Shown: positions 61,914 to 64,000 of the stretch, one piece after another
Layout: each line of letters opens with the position of its first letter
Numbering within the stretch: position 1 is the first letter of the stretch
Origin: Pseudovirgaria hyperparasitica
Taxonomy: Eukaryota
Assembly (NCBI GenBank): GCA_010093815.1
Contig: ML996574.1
Reading direction: 5' to 3' (one strand)
DNA: 64,000 nucleotides
The notes under the pieces: model-generated
The model's input: only the letters and a program-made list of their open reading frames with translations
Databases searched by the model: none
Told to the model about the DNA's origin: nothing
Made by a program: the position numbers and the translations under genes

Positions 61914-62303
61914 ATGTGCCCACCTACCTCCAGTGCCACCTGCCCAATCTGCAACCGCATCACCCCTTGCATTGAACACCAGCAGTGTCAGAAGTGCTAC
62001 CGCCTCCGCCCCTGCCAATCTCACGAGCCCGTCCCTGCCGCCAAACCTATACTTCGACAATCTCCTAAGCGAGGGATATTCTCGTGGTACCAAGCACCGT
62101 CATGTTTACGCTTCCAGCTCAAGGTTGGCGGTCCCATGGAACCGCTGATATCGGAGGCAAACATCGTCTGGGCGGAGCTGAGGGCGTCGATGGATAGACA
62201 GGACAACGAGCACTTTGGGTTGGAGGATTTATACACTGAGGAGCCAGAAAATGGGCTGGAGTCGGTAGATGTGATCTGCTTTGAGGAGGAAAGGGATAAC
62301 TGA
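61914..62303 (+). CDS. Hypothetical 129-aa protein with two CxxC-x5-CxxH motifs
   Basis: CPICNRITPCIEH and CQKCYRLRPCQSH; acidic C-terminus. Confidence 0.55.
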   Translation: MCPPTSSATCPICNRITPCIEHQQCQKCYRLRPCQSHEPVPAAKPILRQSPKRGIFSWYQAPSCLRFQLKVGGPMEPLISEANIVWAELRASMDRQDNEHFGLEDLYTEEPENGLESVDVICFEEERDN

Positions 62304-64000
62304 AATGCCGGCGTGATTTTGAGGTGTTCTTGATGACTGGTACACTGACGCCATAAATGGAAATTTTGTTGAGAGCCTATCATGTAGGGGTAGCGAAGTC
62401 AATATACGAATACCAAGGATGAAGACATTTGGTTTTAACGATGGAGAGGAGCTTTGGTTGTGATATCTATGTCTACTACACGAAGCCAGCTAGTAAGAGG
62501 ACTGAAGCAAAAGAGATATGTCACACCCACTATTGTTAATCTAAGGATACATCTATACGGTAAATTTGGTAGACAAGAGCAGGAATCAGAGTTTTAGCCG
62601 CGTGTGTTGGCTTTGACCTGACTATCCATTCAAACATTTTTGATTCCTAAAGTAAGGTCCTGCTACAACGGGAAAGAAGATCTAGGAGTTTGGCCCTGCT
62701 ATTCTAACTTGATGGCTTACCAAGCACCGAAACAACAAAAAGGCCTCACAGACTTTGATGAAGTGTCTTTGCATCAGTTAAAGACAGCTTCGTCAAATCG
62801 GCGCCGTTTTCACCACTGGCCCATTTCATCTGACATTCCCTTGCCTAATCTACCTCATCATACCTTACTTCTGCGAGCAGAATCAGCGAACAAACCAAGT
62901 CCTCGGTCCTCCATAATCACATAAAAAAGATATTATTTGGGTTATACAACCTAGCCACCGAAATGTCTGTAAACTCTAAACTCAAACCAGTTTTATTACC
63001 TAAACTCTCTCCTAGAGGGGAGAACTTCCCAGAATAGAGATTATCCTAGATAATTATATTCAATTATGTAGAGCTATAGCCCTCATAGGTATGAAGAAGA
63101 GGTGAAAACCCTTTTAGTATAAATATACAAGGATTTCATGTAGACGTCCTCATATGAGATGCAAAGGATAATAAAGCAACAATTATGATATTGCTATATG
63201 TACTTCAAGACCTTGTCATTACTTTTTCTCCTATCACACAGCCGCTGCTACTTGGTCATACGTCTCTTTACGTTTTGATCGTGATACAAGGTGACTCATC
63301 GATACATCATGAGAATAATCTTTTCCTAATTTCGTGTAATGCTATCAATGACCCGAAGCCGGAGTTGATGCCATCAGTACGTAGATTTCACCCTTTCTAT
63401 TCTCTCAGCGGTACTGCTACAGCAGGGATCGACTTAGGGGCTTGAGGAAAGGTGGAACAGTTCTCGTCCAGAGGAAAGGAGTTTCGCTAAAAGAAATCAT
63501 CATAGAGGTTCGTGAGGTTGTGGACCTATAGAATGTCAACAGTTATAAGAAAAAGACCTTTCCCAACGAAGATCGCGTCGCTAGACTGAGACCAGACTTC
63601 ATTTAGGTTAGAATTCTAGCTGCTGTTCAGGAATGACTGTCAAGGTTTTTGGAAAGTTGTGAAGCGTAGTGTGTGATATCTTGAGATCATGTAGTAGCAC
63701 ACCATCGTGATGGCATACATTCCTACTCTATAATGTGCGAGGCAGCATCCAAGGCATCCGTGGATCCGTGGCTGGTGGTTAGTCATCAATGCGAAGTGAC
63801 TGAATACAAAACCTCAACTCTCTTCCGTCTCTTCTTCTACTCACCTCCATCCCACCAACTTAATCTCATCACCCCATCTATCTTGCTCTATTTCTATCAT
63901 TAATCCATATCATTATCTCTTGTAACAAGTACATTCCCTTCAACACCATTCCTCGTTGTCTAGAGGTCGCTGCAGCCGCGAAAGGTATGTGAAGGATCAC

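Overview
Gene-dense chromosomal DNA from a filamentous ascomycete (Pezizomycotina; short GT-AG introns with CTRAC/CTAAT branch points; finer taxonomy cannot be fixed from this window). No CRISPR, rRNA, tRNA or intact transposon was seen. I spliced about 25 protein-coding genes by hand. Housekeeping genes: RPS22, RPL17, NOP1, HSP104, CHC1, PYC, KIN28, FYV4/mS41, eIF3m and a Tfc7-like phosphatase. Nitrogen-scavenging genes: an MFS permease next to an amidase, and a fused hydantoinase/oxoprolinase next to a Zn2Cys6 factor. Secreted CAZymes: GH1, GH10-CBM1 and GH92. The RPS22 coding intron holds an H/ACA snoRNA (snR44 orthologue). The most interesting unexplained features are: (i) a 608-nt pyruvate carboxylase intron with a hairpin-rich core and a cryptic GTATGT donor inside a stem-loop; (ii) a structured 5'-UTR intron in RPS22; (iii) a co-oriented array of four tiny ORFs at 38.7-41.1 kb (two zinc-ribbon-like microproteins, a broken zinc-finger copy, and a spliced 52-aa 50%-acidic peptide missing from the ORF track); (iv) an in-frame TAG near the end of the Zn2Cys6 factor; (v) an intracellular RING-like/PPxY/LysM/UBA-like protein. 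All structures and splice models were read by eye and need computational or RNA-seq confirmation.
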